This document shows positions 14,801 to 28,227 of a stretch of DNA of 64,000 nucleotides, piece after piece; the stretch's first letter is position 1, and each line of letters starts with the position of its first letter. The DNA is from Octopus sinensis. Lineage: Eukaryota. The notes under the pieces are model-generated. The model was given only the letters and a program-made list of their open reading frames with translations. It was not told the DNA's origin and made no database searches. Location: assembly GCF_006345805.1 (NCBI RefSeq), contig NW_021833271.1, positions 1 to 64,000 of the forward strand. Direction: 5' to 3'. Position numbers and translations under genes: made by a program.

Positions 14801-16094
14801 CACCCCCCCGCCTCAATCTGTAGAAAAGGCGTAGGTAGAAACTCCATAAGATGTACCCAGTGTAAGCTATGGATGCATAAGAGGTGCTGCAACATCAGAG
14901 GAAAATTAACCGAGAAGATAGCTTTTGTGTGCAGCAGATGCACAGGGGCAATAGACACCACAGATACTCAGAAAACAGATTCCATCACACTCGGGGAGAG
15001 AAACTAGAAGTAGTTGATAGTTTCCACTACCTAGGTGACCGAGTTAGTAGTGGAGGTGGATTCTCATAGAGTGTCACCACTAGAATACAAATAGCCTGGG
15101 CAAAGTTCAGAAAGCTTCTACCCCTACTAGTGACAAAGGGTCTCTCGCACAGAGTGAATGGTAGATTGTACGACGCATGTGTGTGAACTACAATGCTTCA
15201 CGGTAGTGAAACATAGGCTGTGACTGCAGAGGACATGCATAGGCTTGAAAGAAATGAAGCTAGCATGATCCGCTGGATGTGTAATGTTAGTGTGCACACA
15301 TGACAGAGTGTAAGCACCCTGAGAGAAATACTGGACATAAGAAGCATTGGATGTGGCGTGCAAAAGAGACATTTGCACTGGTATGGTCATGTACTACAGA
15401 TGGTTGAGGAGAGATGTGTGACGAAGTGCCACTTCCAAACAATTGAAGGAATCCAGGGTAGAGGTAGACCCAGGAAGACATGGGATGAGGTGGTCAAGCA
15501 TGACCTTTGAACATTGGGCCTCACAGAGACAATGATGAAAGACCGAGATCTCTAGAGATATGCTGTGACTGCGAAGACCTGACAGATAACGTGAGTTCAT
15601 GGCTGTTTCCTGCACCAGCTTCACATAGCAGCCCCAACCCATCCAAAGTACCTTCGACTGCAGGACGGCCTGCTGTGCTTACCTTGGATTGTAGGGCGAC
15701 CTGCTGTGCTTGAGGAGACCTATTGAGTCAAGTACATCAACATGAAATAAAAATCAAATGGAAATTGTAGTTGTGATACCTCTGCTGGTGTCACGTAAAA
15801 AGCACCATCCGAACGTGGCCGATGCCAGCGCCGTCTTGACTGGCTTCCTTGCCGGTGGCACATAAAAAGCACCAGCCGATCGTGGCCATTGCCAGCCTCA
15901 CCTGGTCTCTGTGCCGGTGGCACATAAAAAGGACCCACTACACTCACGGAGTTGTTGGCATTAGGAAGGGCATCTAGCTGTAGAAACACTGCCAGATCAG
16001 ACTGGAGCCTGGTACAGCCTCCTGGATTCTCAGACCCCAGTCGACCTGTCCAACCCATGCTAGCATGGAAAACGGACGTTGAACGATGATGATG

Positions 16095-16126
<32 letters not shown>

Positions 16127-19100
16127 GACGGTTGATGATGACGATGACGGAAACAAAGCATTAGGTATCAATTTTCAATGAATATACACAATATAAATGG
16201 GTATTTGTAGCATATTAGGAGGAGGGTAGGGTAGTTGATTCCATGCAAAAATCCGATTTTTTTTTCTTAGTGAAAATTGTGTGAGCTTTATCTAAAATTT
16301 GCCTAGAGTGTTTCATGGTAAATTTGAGAGTAAAAAAAAAAATGTTTTCCATATTCTTAATCTCTGTGTTTTTCCACGTACATTGAAAAATTGATGGTGA
16401 AAAGATCAAAGGGTGTGGGGTGTGAATTTCAGAAGCTTCCACCACACCCACCCTGTTTTTGGACCACAAAAAGGGTTTTGTAGCATATTTGGTGGCCATG
16501 GTAGTTGATTCCAAGCAAAAATCCAATTTTTTTTACTTAGTGAAAATCGTGCAAGTGTTAATCTAAAAATTTAATTAAAAACCTTTTTCCATTCATTTCT
16601 GTTTATGAAATTCTCTGTATGTAATTTTGCTTCCTTGGTGGTCAAGGCAAATGATGACTGGCAAAGCAACAGTGCCCTAATGCTGACATTGGATACAATG
16701 GCCTGATCTACAATAATGCGCTGATTGAAATCAAGGATGCCCTGCTCAGAATGGGTGGGGCAGCGTTAAACACATTCGGTTTGCCATCCTCATTGCGACA
16801 GGGTGTTAACACACTCCCACCAAAGTTACATCTGGACTTGTCATATGACGCTGATGGCCTTGCAGAGTACCTGAGAGTAAATGACCGAAATTGCTGCCTG
16901 ATCAGAGGCTAGTGTACGAAACTGTCGTCAGTGCCATTAAAAACAGGTGGGTGGCATTTTTTTTTTCCTCAATGCTACTAGAGGTACCAGCAAATCCTTT
17001 GTAACACAATTAATACTTGATAATATTCATTGCAAGAAACAAATTGCACTAGCAGTTGCTTCCTTGGGAATCGCTGCTACGTTATTGCCAGGAGGTAGGA
17101 CGGTGCACTCAGCATTCAGGCTGCCTTTACATTTGGTGAGGGCTGAGGTTCCTACTTGCAAGATTGGCAAAATTTCAGAGGAAAATGAAGTTTCTTAGTG
17201 CCATCTCATTGTATGGGACGAATGCACAATGACCAGTAAGGTTGCCCTTGAGGCACTGGACCGGTCACTGAAAGGTATTAGGGATTCTACAGCTTCTATG
17301 AGTGGTGTAACTCTATTGCTTTCAGGAGATTTCTGGCAAACACTTCCTGTCATCCCTAAAGGGAGCCAGGCTGATGAAGCGCGTGCATGCCTTAAGTCAT
17401 CGACGTTGTGGCTCCAGGTTAAGACCTTAAGTCTAAGCGCAAACATGTGTGCACACTTGCTTGGTGATAGCACATCTGCAGCATTTGCTGAAGTCATTTT
17501 AACCCTTGGAGAAGGCAAGGTCCCTAGGAATTATAGGGGTGACATATCCATCTCTGAACTGTGCAACACTGTGGACAACCCTTCCAATCTTTCGGAAACA
17601 GTGTTCCCCAATCTGGAGGGGAACACTCCAACATGGCTTCCACTCACATTCTTAGGCTAAGGGTTGGATACCCAATTATGCTAATTAGAAACTTGCTTCC
17701 GCCTAAACAGTGCAATGGGACCTGCTTAGTAATCAAGTCTCTGACGCCCCACTTGACTGAGGCCACCATTGTTACAGGGTGCGGGAGGGGTGAAAATATT
17801 TCCATTTCAAGGATGCAGCTTTATCCCTCAGGGTCAGACATGCCATTTAACCTCCACAGATCACAGTTCCCAGTGAGATCATGCTTCACCATGTCCATCA
17901 ACAAATCCCAAGGCCAAACACTATTGGTGGCAGGCATCCATTGAGGTTTTCCATTCAATCAGGATAAAAAATTGATGAACCAATTCCTTATAGGATTTCC
18001 TACTAATATTGGCTACACCCCATTTTCAACCATAACTTTCACATATTTTGACATATTTTCCCCAAACTTGATGCCAGCATTACTTAGGACCCATGGAATC
18101 TTTGAATGCTGTAAGTTCTCAAAATAAAAAAAATAAACAATTGCTGAATGGAAATAATTGATAAACCAATTCCTTATGGGATTTCATAATCAAATTGCCT
18201 GCAACCCATTTTCAGCCAAAAGTATACCAATTTCAATGGATTTCACTCAAATTTGATGTCGGTGTCACTTATTTGGTTTGAAATAAAGCGTTTGATCACT
18301 TTATAATCCTAACTTAATTCCGAGCAAACCGGGCTATACTGCAAGTAAAATATATAATGAAATAACATAAAGAAGTAAGCAGAAATAATGAATGAATTAA
18401 TAATTATAAATAAAAATAACCACATAAGCAAATTTATTTCACCTTTATATTTTTATTTATTCTTTACTCCTTATTTCTGCTTACTTATTTCATTTTATTT
18501 ATTATGTTGTATAAATACCACAATATTATCCATGTATACATATACACATAATATAATCCATCTATGCATAGTAAAGGCACATGGCTTAGTGGTTAGGGCA
18601 TTCAGCTCATGATCAAAGATCATAAGTTCAATTCCTGGTGACGCATTTTGTCCTTGAGCAAGACACTTTATTTCACATTGCTCCAGTTCACTCAGCTGGC
18701 AAAAATAAGTAGCACCTGTATTTTAAAGGGCCAGCCACGTCATGCTGAATCTCCCTGAGAACTACGTTAAGGGTACACATGTCTGTGGAGTGCTCAGCCA
18801 CTTGCACATTAATTTCATGAGCAAGCTATCCTGTCGATCATATCAGCTAGGACCTTTGTCATCATAACCAATGGAGTGCTCCTCAATGTAATCCATGTAT
18901 GCATATACACACACAGATGTATACTTGTGCATGAATTCCCACATAAACTTTCCCTTTATTTCTAATTTTTATTCTTATCTTATTTATTCTATATTCATTA
19001 TTTCTGCTGCCTTATCTAATTTTATTACCAGCTGAAATACCTACTGTTGCCCAGGTTTAAGAAAATAATGAAATTTAAAAATACCTTTTAGATCTCAAAC

Positions 19101-20823
19101 ATGAAACATAGACTACACTGGTCTTACCTCCTAGTAGCTGAGATACCAACTTTATACATTAACAGCCTGCCGTTTCCCAGGTTATTGGAAATAATGAAAT
19201 TTAAATATGCCTTTTAAATCTCTAACTAAAGTGAAACCTGGATTATGCAGTTCTCAACAGTAATTAGCTGAGGTACAAACTATTAATGTCAATGACATGT
19301 TTTATCCAATGTTTTCACTGTTAGAACTGTTAAAGACCAGGTAGTTCTTTGTCTTTGCAATCACCTTCAATTATCAGTACTTATTTGAAATGCATTGAAC
19401 CTGAAAGTGCATAATTTGAGAAGAACCAGTCTGCAGGCACTCTCCTCCTGTTAATAAGTACATTAATAAAAATTCTATGTGATGATGTGAGTATAAACAA
19501 ATGTATTGAAACAAATCCAGCAATCAGTCACAGTTTAATTATCTAGAGCTTCTAAATGATGTTTAGAGTGTGTCCTGTAATTGGTGTATAAATGAAAAGA
19601 TTTTGGGGACTTCCAACCTGCGAACATCCTACATATAATTGCCCATGCGAGAAGCAAGGTGAAGTTCAACAAGAGAGGCTGTCCTTATTTATTAACATAG
19701 TGAAACTTAGTTTCACTGGGAGCTGGAACCATTCAAAGGGGATGTCATGTGGGATTAACAGGATCTGTGGAATGAAGACATCCTCACCCTTATAGTTCCT
19801 AGTCATAATTATTGCTTCCGGGACATGGAATCACATCACTTTCAACACACAGTCTGGTGCCATTGCACAGACGAGGTGATTCCAGATTCCTGAGCAGCAT
19901 GATTGGGGCCTCCTTTTTAAGTGTTAAGTGATGAGGCAGCATCCCAGATGGCTGTTAGAGCGTTCAAGAACTTAGTTTGAAAGACTGTTATTGTCCAGGC
20001 AACAGCTACAAGAGATCCCAGTCGATTTTGTTAATAGCATCATTACATGGTACTAAGTTGGCTCGCTCACAGAGCCATTGACTGTTGCTAAAGTTTTGTT
20101 GCAGTGTTTGGGAGCACATGCATTATGAGATCATTGACAGTTGGTACCATCTCACCACAGGCTTTCTGCCCCTCCCCACCAACTTTGGATGATGATAACT
20201 TTCAGAAAAATGGATATTTTTAATGAAATTTTTATGAATATGTGTTATATCACGTAGATTCCCAACATACAAATTTGGGGGAAAAGTATTTTGGCAGGGG
20301 TTGGAGGAGGACTTTCGGAAAATTCACCGGAATCCACTTGAATTTGTCTTAACTTTCAGAAAATGGATATTTTTTAATACAAATATACCTTGAAGTATGT
20401 AGATTCCATCCATATAGGATTTGGGAGGAAAACAATTGGAGATTATTTTTGTGAACTATTCCCCACTGGGGGATGTTTCAGAACAAGTTATCCATATTTG
20501 TTTCTGTTTCTCCGTTTTGTGCGTTTGTGCACCCTTAACCCTAGTTGTAAAATTTCAAGAAAAAAATTGAAAAGTTAAGGAGTGGATGAATTAAAAAGTC
20601 TAAAGTAGATATTTTGCATATTCTCTTACATACCACACACCACACACACACACTCACACACACACACACACACACACCACACACACACACACACACACTC
20701 ACCACACACTCACATAAGTATATATCTTACACAAATAGAAAGCCAGAGAAGAAAATACAAAATGTAAGTGAATTTAGAATTTGTTTTTATCTGAAATCGT
20801 CAGAACTGTAATGATGTATGCCT

Positions 20824-20881
<58 letters not shown>

Positions 20882-23800
20882 AGCTGTTTACTTTGTTACT
20901 ATGTTGACATTGACAATACAATTAAGTGGAAGTGTTAATAAGTTGATTTGCATCAAGAATAATCACACGGGATTTAAATGTGAAATATCAAGTCTTAATA
21001 AAGCCACTTGTTCCCAAAATGGCCAAATTATGTTTTGGAAAATTAATGTACAATATATAGTACCTCATTTAATTAAGTAAAAAATGGTGTCTATCTCCGT
21101 ATGAAATTATTTTCTGACATGAAAGTACCTTTAGAAATTCTTTTTGTCAGAATCATCACAACTGTAATGATGTATACATACATGTGTGTGTAGATATCTA
21201 GTTAGGACATCAAAGACAGGAAGTTCAAGCACAGGAAGTTGAGAAAACGATTTGAACAAGTGAATCTTTTCTATAGAGCAATATTTCATTTAAAAAAAAT
21301 TAAATAAATCAAGTTGCATTATTCTTTCCAAGGTCAAATTATTCATGTACCCCAAGTATGGTACAAATTGATTCAGAACTTTGAGAATGCATTGAGGACA
21401 CACACAGATAGGGTATTTTTTTTTATTAAGATATTATATATTTTAATCATCTGCTTTTACTCTTATATAATTTAATTGATTATTATCATTATTATTAAAT
21501 TTAAATATAAATATGAATATTAAACAAGAGCACAAATCTCCACCAAGGCAACACTAACGTCCTCTCAATGATTAACTGGAGAGGATTTTTAAAATGAGAA
21601 TATCTGAAAAAACTCAACTGCTCTCACAAACGAAAATACTAAAAATGAACCTGACTTCTCTCAAAAATTAAGTAAAAAACATGGAAAATTAATCCAGAAT
21701 CCTTATCCACTACCTGATCAATCCCAATGGTAGTCATGGAATGTGACGGTGGGTGTGTGGGGCCATATTTGTAATGTTGCATTCGTGTCGTCTGCATTGG
21801 GACAGGAACAGTTTTCTCTAGGAAAGCCTTTTTAGTCTATCCATTAATATAGTGTCTTAATGACCATTAAGGTCTATAGTGAAAAATTTATCCATGCGTG
21901 AAAGAAACGGAAAGGACCTGCATACGGTCCTGTTAACGTAGATTTAACAACATCGTTGCGCACAAAAATGTGAGTTCAAGAAGTAACGCTTCCTTCAAGG
22001 CAGGGCTAGAAATGCAATTGTCAAGTAGGTAAGAGGTTTTGAATAGGAGCTATATATTCAAAATGTTTAAAACTAAAAATTATCAAGGATAAATTAAATT
22101 TATTATTGTTACTAAATATTTTAGTGTTATTTAATTTCTGAGCAGTTTTGCTGCCATTTGTTTATGTAGTTTGATTTCTTTGTCCATCAGTTCTACTAAG
22201 ATAGAGATGCGAGTAAAATTAATATTAGAGAAACAAAATAAAACTTTGGAAGCAACAACACTGTCATAACTCATGTGGAAACCATGAGTGTGCTTTCAAG
22301 GGAGATAATCAGAGAAAGACTTAAAATTCAGCATAAGATCATATACTTAAGTAATATAACAAATAATCTAGAATCCTTGTCCAGTACCAAATTGATCCCA
22401 AAATCTAATCAGTTATGCCAGTCATGAGGCCGAACATCCATGAAGGTTTCATCTGAATCCATCTGGTTGTTCTTGAGATATCTTGTCCACCAGCTTTAAT
22501 TTTAGCTTCACTCATGCTAGAAAAAATTTTTCACTGAGATATTTGAATCCTTCACTGTCTACATTCATGGCCGTAACAAAATTCTTAAATAAGCCAAATT
22601 TAATGTGTAAGGGATGAAGGAAAATTTTCTGAAGGTCAACTAAAGGGATATATTAATGTTGTATCTCCCTGGAGTGAATTCACTTCACTTTGGCCACTGT
22701 TTTTGATTATAGTGATGCTTGTCATCTCTGCTGTTCTAAAGGCACAAAAAGCACTAATGCTTTACATACCCCATTTGCAACCCAAGAAGCAAACCAATAA
22801 CTTTCAAGTCCCTGCATATATTCCACTTGTGTTTAGAATATTTAATCAAGTGCAAATTTTTTCCATTGATTCATACATCTCCTTTAATCTTACATGCAAT
22901 TCTGTACGCCGTTTTGAAAGTACGAATATTTTATAACATGGTGTAAAAGATTCCATTGTTTCAACCTGGAGCCCAGTAGTTCTGACTTTTCTTTTGTTAA
23001 ACCCAGTCTCGAACTAAATCATTTAACTCAAGTTGACTCAATAAATACGGAATTTTTTCGAAGATCCTGGTTCATCACAGTGATCTGCAGTATCACTTGA
23101 CATGCCTTCAATTGAAGTAGATGCAGTTATTTTCTTCATTTAAACTATTTTTCTCAAAAGATGAAGGAGGTTCTGGAATTGGAATATTTTCAGCAGCATG
23201 AGAAACTGGTCTTAAAGCTGAAGAGCAATCTGGATAAACAAATCTTGGATTTGTTCTTCTTAGAGAGAAACCTGTGATATTAGTTAAGCAGAAATAACAA
23301 TTGGTATAGTGGTTTGTTGGTTTGCGCATACTTTTCCGTTTATCTTTCAACCATTGGGTTAGAGCTATGTTGCAGCTTTTGCAACAAAGAGGAGGTGCCC
23401 ACAGTTTATCTTGGTCCCCAACTTTGGACCCAAAGTAAAGCTTGTAAGCATTTTAAAATTTCGTTGTAAGCTTATTTCTCTGATCTTTTGATGTAAATTT
23501 TCCACACATAACAAAAGCTGTCCTGGGGATTAGCACAAACTTGTCTCCTCATCAAAAATAAACAGAAATAACCTAAATCAACACTCAATGAAGACTATCA
23601 GTAAACTAAAATATAAAATAAATCAAATGTAAATGTTACTGTAAAACATCAAAATATATTTCTCAAAAAAATCATTGAAATTATTATAGAATGTACTGAA
23701 GCTATGGCTATCATGAAACAATTTTTTCCATCTCTAAATTTTAAGCATTGATCACTTTAATAAATAACTAAACTTTCTACTAAACTGCTTTTCATGTAAC

Positions 23801-24551
23801 CTGGCTCTCTTATTTGATGTACTTTGTTTTAACAGCACTAACAGTTATCAAGGAAAGGGTGTCTGAGTGGCTTTCTATAACTTAATATCAATAGCCTTTT
23901 GTGAGGAGAACTTTACTATAATTACAGCAATAACAAAGTAAAATAAATTCTCATCTTGTGTGACAATTTAACAGGTAGCCTACATTTAACCTCTATTAGC
24001 ACTTATTTTTATTTCCGTGATGAGTATATGAATGAAAATTGAAAGCAAATAGCCTACTACTTTGTCAATATTATCAATTGGTTGGAAAATCTGATGCTGT
24101 GAATAACTAAAAAAGCTACACTTGCTGTCTGAAAACTGATGTCAGATTCAGATTCAGTACCTTAAAATTACCCTAAATCATCTGAAAAAGTTTAAATAGC
24201 ATGACAGTTTTTTTTTTTTGCCCAATGATATTGTTATTAGTAATACTGAATTAAAAAAATGAATGAATATTTTTAACAATGCATGCACACACACTTACAC
24301 ATTGTAAACATAAATATATATTCTGTGTATAAATTGAATATTCCATCAAATCACTATGTAGTCCTTATATGTAACCTGAAGATTTTCACCAAAGGTATTT
24401 AAAATGAAAATTTTATTTATATTTGTATATGTCTTGTAATTTTGACTTCATGAAATGAAACAATTGTAGGTGATGGTATTGATTAATTAATAAATTCATT
24501 TATATTCAATTCATTTCCATTTTCTAATTATCATTATTATTATTATTATTA

Positions 24552-24609
<58 letters not shown>

Positions 24610-26654
24610 ATATATATAAATAAATAAGGTATTCAGTGATCTGGATGGTTGTACATACACAATATTTATTAAAGTGTCGAATGTTTTTACAAATCACATA
24701 TCAGCACTTTCATCTACTCTAATAGATTTTTCAGATTTAATTTTGTGAAGGGATTTATCTCTTTTTATAGTATTAGTGAATAGGTTGTGGTGGAGAGGGA
24801 GAGGGGAGAAAGAAGAGTAATGTGGAGGAAAAGAGGGAGACGAATGGGGAGGGAAAAACTGAGAATGTTTGTGCGCAAGCATGCGCACGCTTGTGTGTGT
24901 GTGTGTGTGTTGTGTGTGTGTGTGTGTGGTGTGTGTGTGTGTGCTCCTGTATCTGAAAGGAACCTTTTGAACAAGAGACAAAGAAAAAGAATATATATTT
25001 TTAAGTAGGTGGCTAGGACAGATGCTTACTTTGGTTCAGCCAGCTTACCAGGGGGTCTGAAAGAAAAATGTTTCCAAAGTGAAAAAAATGTGTTTTTTCT
25101 TAGTGTCAATGGAAAAGAGAAGGAAAGAAAGGAAGAAAGAAGAAAAAATGTGTTTATATCTATACAATTGGTCAGTTCTTTCAATAGATGATGACAAGTT
25201 GATTCTTGGTCTGTAAAAATGGCAAGAACAGGTGGTTACTCTAAGTTTTGTTTTGGGATTTGGTTTGCAAGATTCTTTATATGAGTTCGTGCATAACTCT
25301 GGGTGGTTCCTATGTAAAAAAGACTAATAACTGTTCCAAGTTTCGTTGCTCTACTGCTATGGGAAGTGGGTCAGGGGCATTACTTATTGAACGCCCCTCG
25401 TATGTAGGATTAGCTCTGGCATTACCTGTAGAACTCGAAATGTAGTTTACAGCATAAGATGCATAGAAGGTGCTGGTAAAGACATGAACATGACGTACAT
25501 AGGGAAGACATCTAGGAGCATTGCGGAACGACTAAATGAACATCTGAGACAATATGACGACAGAAAACAGTCCTCCATACTCTACCAACATGCCAAAGAC
25601 CACCATGGAGGCAACTTGGGTCAACTTGATACCCGCATCTTATCCAAGCACCCAAAAGACCCAACACTCAGACAAATATGGGAGTACATCCTCATAAATG
25701 AAACTTCCCCAATACTAAATAGGAAATATATATAGTAGATATCATACCTCCATACCACAGTTTACACAGGTAGAGTAGAATATTTAGTGGACTGTTATGT
25801 AGATAGATGTGTGTGTGTATGCACGTGTGTTTTCTTTTTTTTTTTGTATGTAAGCATATGGGTATGAAAATAAACAGTTCAACATACAGATGGATAGGTA
25901 CATAGATTATAAGAACAGACAAGCACATATATACAAATAGAGACTGAAACACATGACCATATATACACACACACTTTGCTCCACACAAGGACACATATGG
26001 AGACACGGGTCCACACATATAGAGATTCATATCCATACATACAAACACAGTACAAATTTGCAAAACGCACACACACACACACAGACATGCACACACAAGG
26101 AGACAGAGGTGCATACATATACAAACGCACACTCACACACACATACATAGAAAATACACAAACACGAACATGCAAGCACATGAATATGCAGAATACATAC
26201 ATACAGATGCACACACACACATACCTACATATATACATATACATACACACACATATATACTTACACACACTTGCATACATGCATACACACATGCATGCAT
26301 GCATAGGCACTCACACACACACACAGACTGACCCACACACATGTGCACAAACAAACAAAAAGGAACTCAGTGTAAATAACAGACAGTCAAGACTATTGAA
26401 AAGGTTGCAAGATGCAACGAAAATTTTAGGAAAATAAAAATAAGAAATAAGTGGAAATTTTACCAGTGAGTGTGTTAAATCATAAGGCACAAAAACAAAA
26501 TGACTCTCCCCAGACACAACAGAATAATGAAAGTTATTTTTCAAAAAATTGTCTGGACTTATCATCATCATCATCATCATTGTCCAGTACCAGATTCCCA
26601 TACTGGTATGGGTTGGAAAATCTATATGCAAGAGTGTTTCTATTTATGTATATT

Positions 26655-26721
<67 letters not shown>

Positions 26722-27680
26722 TGCATATATCTTAGGGTTCCAGATGGGTTTATAAGGAAGTTAATGTGATTTTCATATTTTCAGCCATTCAGTTTGTGGG
26801 AGAATTTTGCTATGAAGTGTTGTTCCATATTTTTTTCTGAAGATGGTATCATTCCTTAGGCATTTATAGAAGGGAAAGATCTTGAATCTTCCTTCTCCAC
26901 ATGTTCCTAAGTGGAATTTTTTGTAGCTCTCTCTCTCTCTCTCTCTCTGTTGAATATGTTGTCCGTGAATTCTGGCTCATTGACATAAAGAATTGCCAGC
27001 TTCACCTATATAGTTCTCCTTGCATGTGGGACAGGATATGCAATATATTAAGTTTTGTGTCTTGCAATTCATGTTTGCATTTGCTTTGAATGTGTGTGAC
27101 ATTGAAGCTTGCAAGTTTGGTATTTTCTGGAACAGTATTTGGAATGTGTGTGAGAAAGTCTATATCATCCCTTATGCAGCTTGCTATCACTGGGCATAAA
27201 GCTTTGAGGAGTACATCTATGAAGTGGCTTAGTTGTTGTGTTGGTGTGTGTATGTATATACATAAATAGAAACATTCTTGCATCCAGATTTTCCAACCTA
27301 TACCAGCATGGGAATCAAGCATTGGACAATGATGATGATAATAAGTCAAGACAATTTTTTGAAACCCTACTTAGAGTAACCACCTGGTTTTGCCATTTTA
27401 CAGACCAAGAATGAACTTGTCATCATCTATTGAAAGAACTGACCAACTGTATAGATATAAACACATTTTTTCTTCTTTCTTCCTTCCTTCCTTTCTTTCC
27501 TTCTCTTTTCCATTGACACTAAGAAAAAACACATTTTTTTCACTTTGAAAACATTTTCCTTTCAGAAAACCTGGTAAGCTGGCTGAACCAAAGTAAGCAT
27601 CTGTCCCAGCCACCTACTTAAAAATATATATTCTTTTACTTTGTCTCTTGTTCAAAAGGTTCCTTTCAGATACACGAGCG

Positions 27681-27731
<51 letters not shown>

Positions 27732-28176
27732 TTTCTCCCACTGCCTCCCCATTTCTCTCCCTCTTTTCCTACCCTATACACTCCACATTACTCTTCTTCC
27801 CCCCCCCTCTCTACTCATTCCCTAATACCATAAAAAGAGATAAATCCCTTCACAAAATTTAAATCTGAAAAATCTATTAGAGTAGATTAAAGAGCTTATA
27901 TGTGATTTGTAAAAACATTCGACACTTTAATAAATATTTGTATGTGTACAACCATCCAGATCTCTGAAAACCTTTTTTTTTTCTAACATATATATATATT
28001 TGATTTGAAAACCCCACTGGAATGGGAGAAAGCGCTAATAATCTGAATGATATGATCTGAATGATATGATATATATATGTAAAAAATGTAATATATAAAT
28101 AAATATCTATAAATATGAACCATCCTATCTTCTGATTACCTCATTTCTTCTAATATATATATATATACATATATGC

Positions 28177-28227
<51 letters not shown>

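Larger units (their letters stand above)
24626..27974. repeat. Large inverted duplication: left arm 24626-25246 + 26539-26665, right arm 27244-27974
   Basis: The reverse complement of 27244-27974 aligns by eye to the two left-arm pieces at roughly 90%. A ~1.3-kb insert splits only the left arm. Confidence 0.9.

Noticed and set aside
25692-26769. Many overlapping His/Thr- and Cys/Val-rich ORFs (likewise at 20.6, 24.7, 27.6, 55.2 and 58.9 kb)
   Set aside because: These are translations of CA/TG/TA microsatellites, which lack stops by composition.
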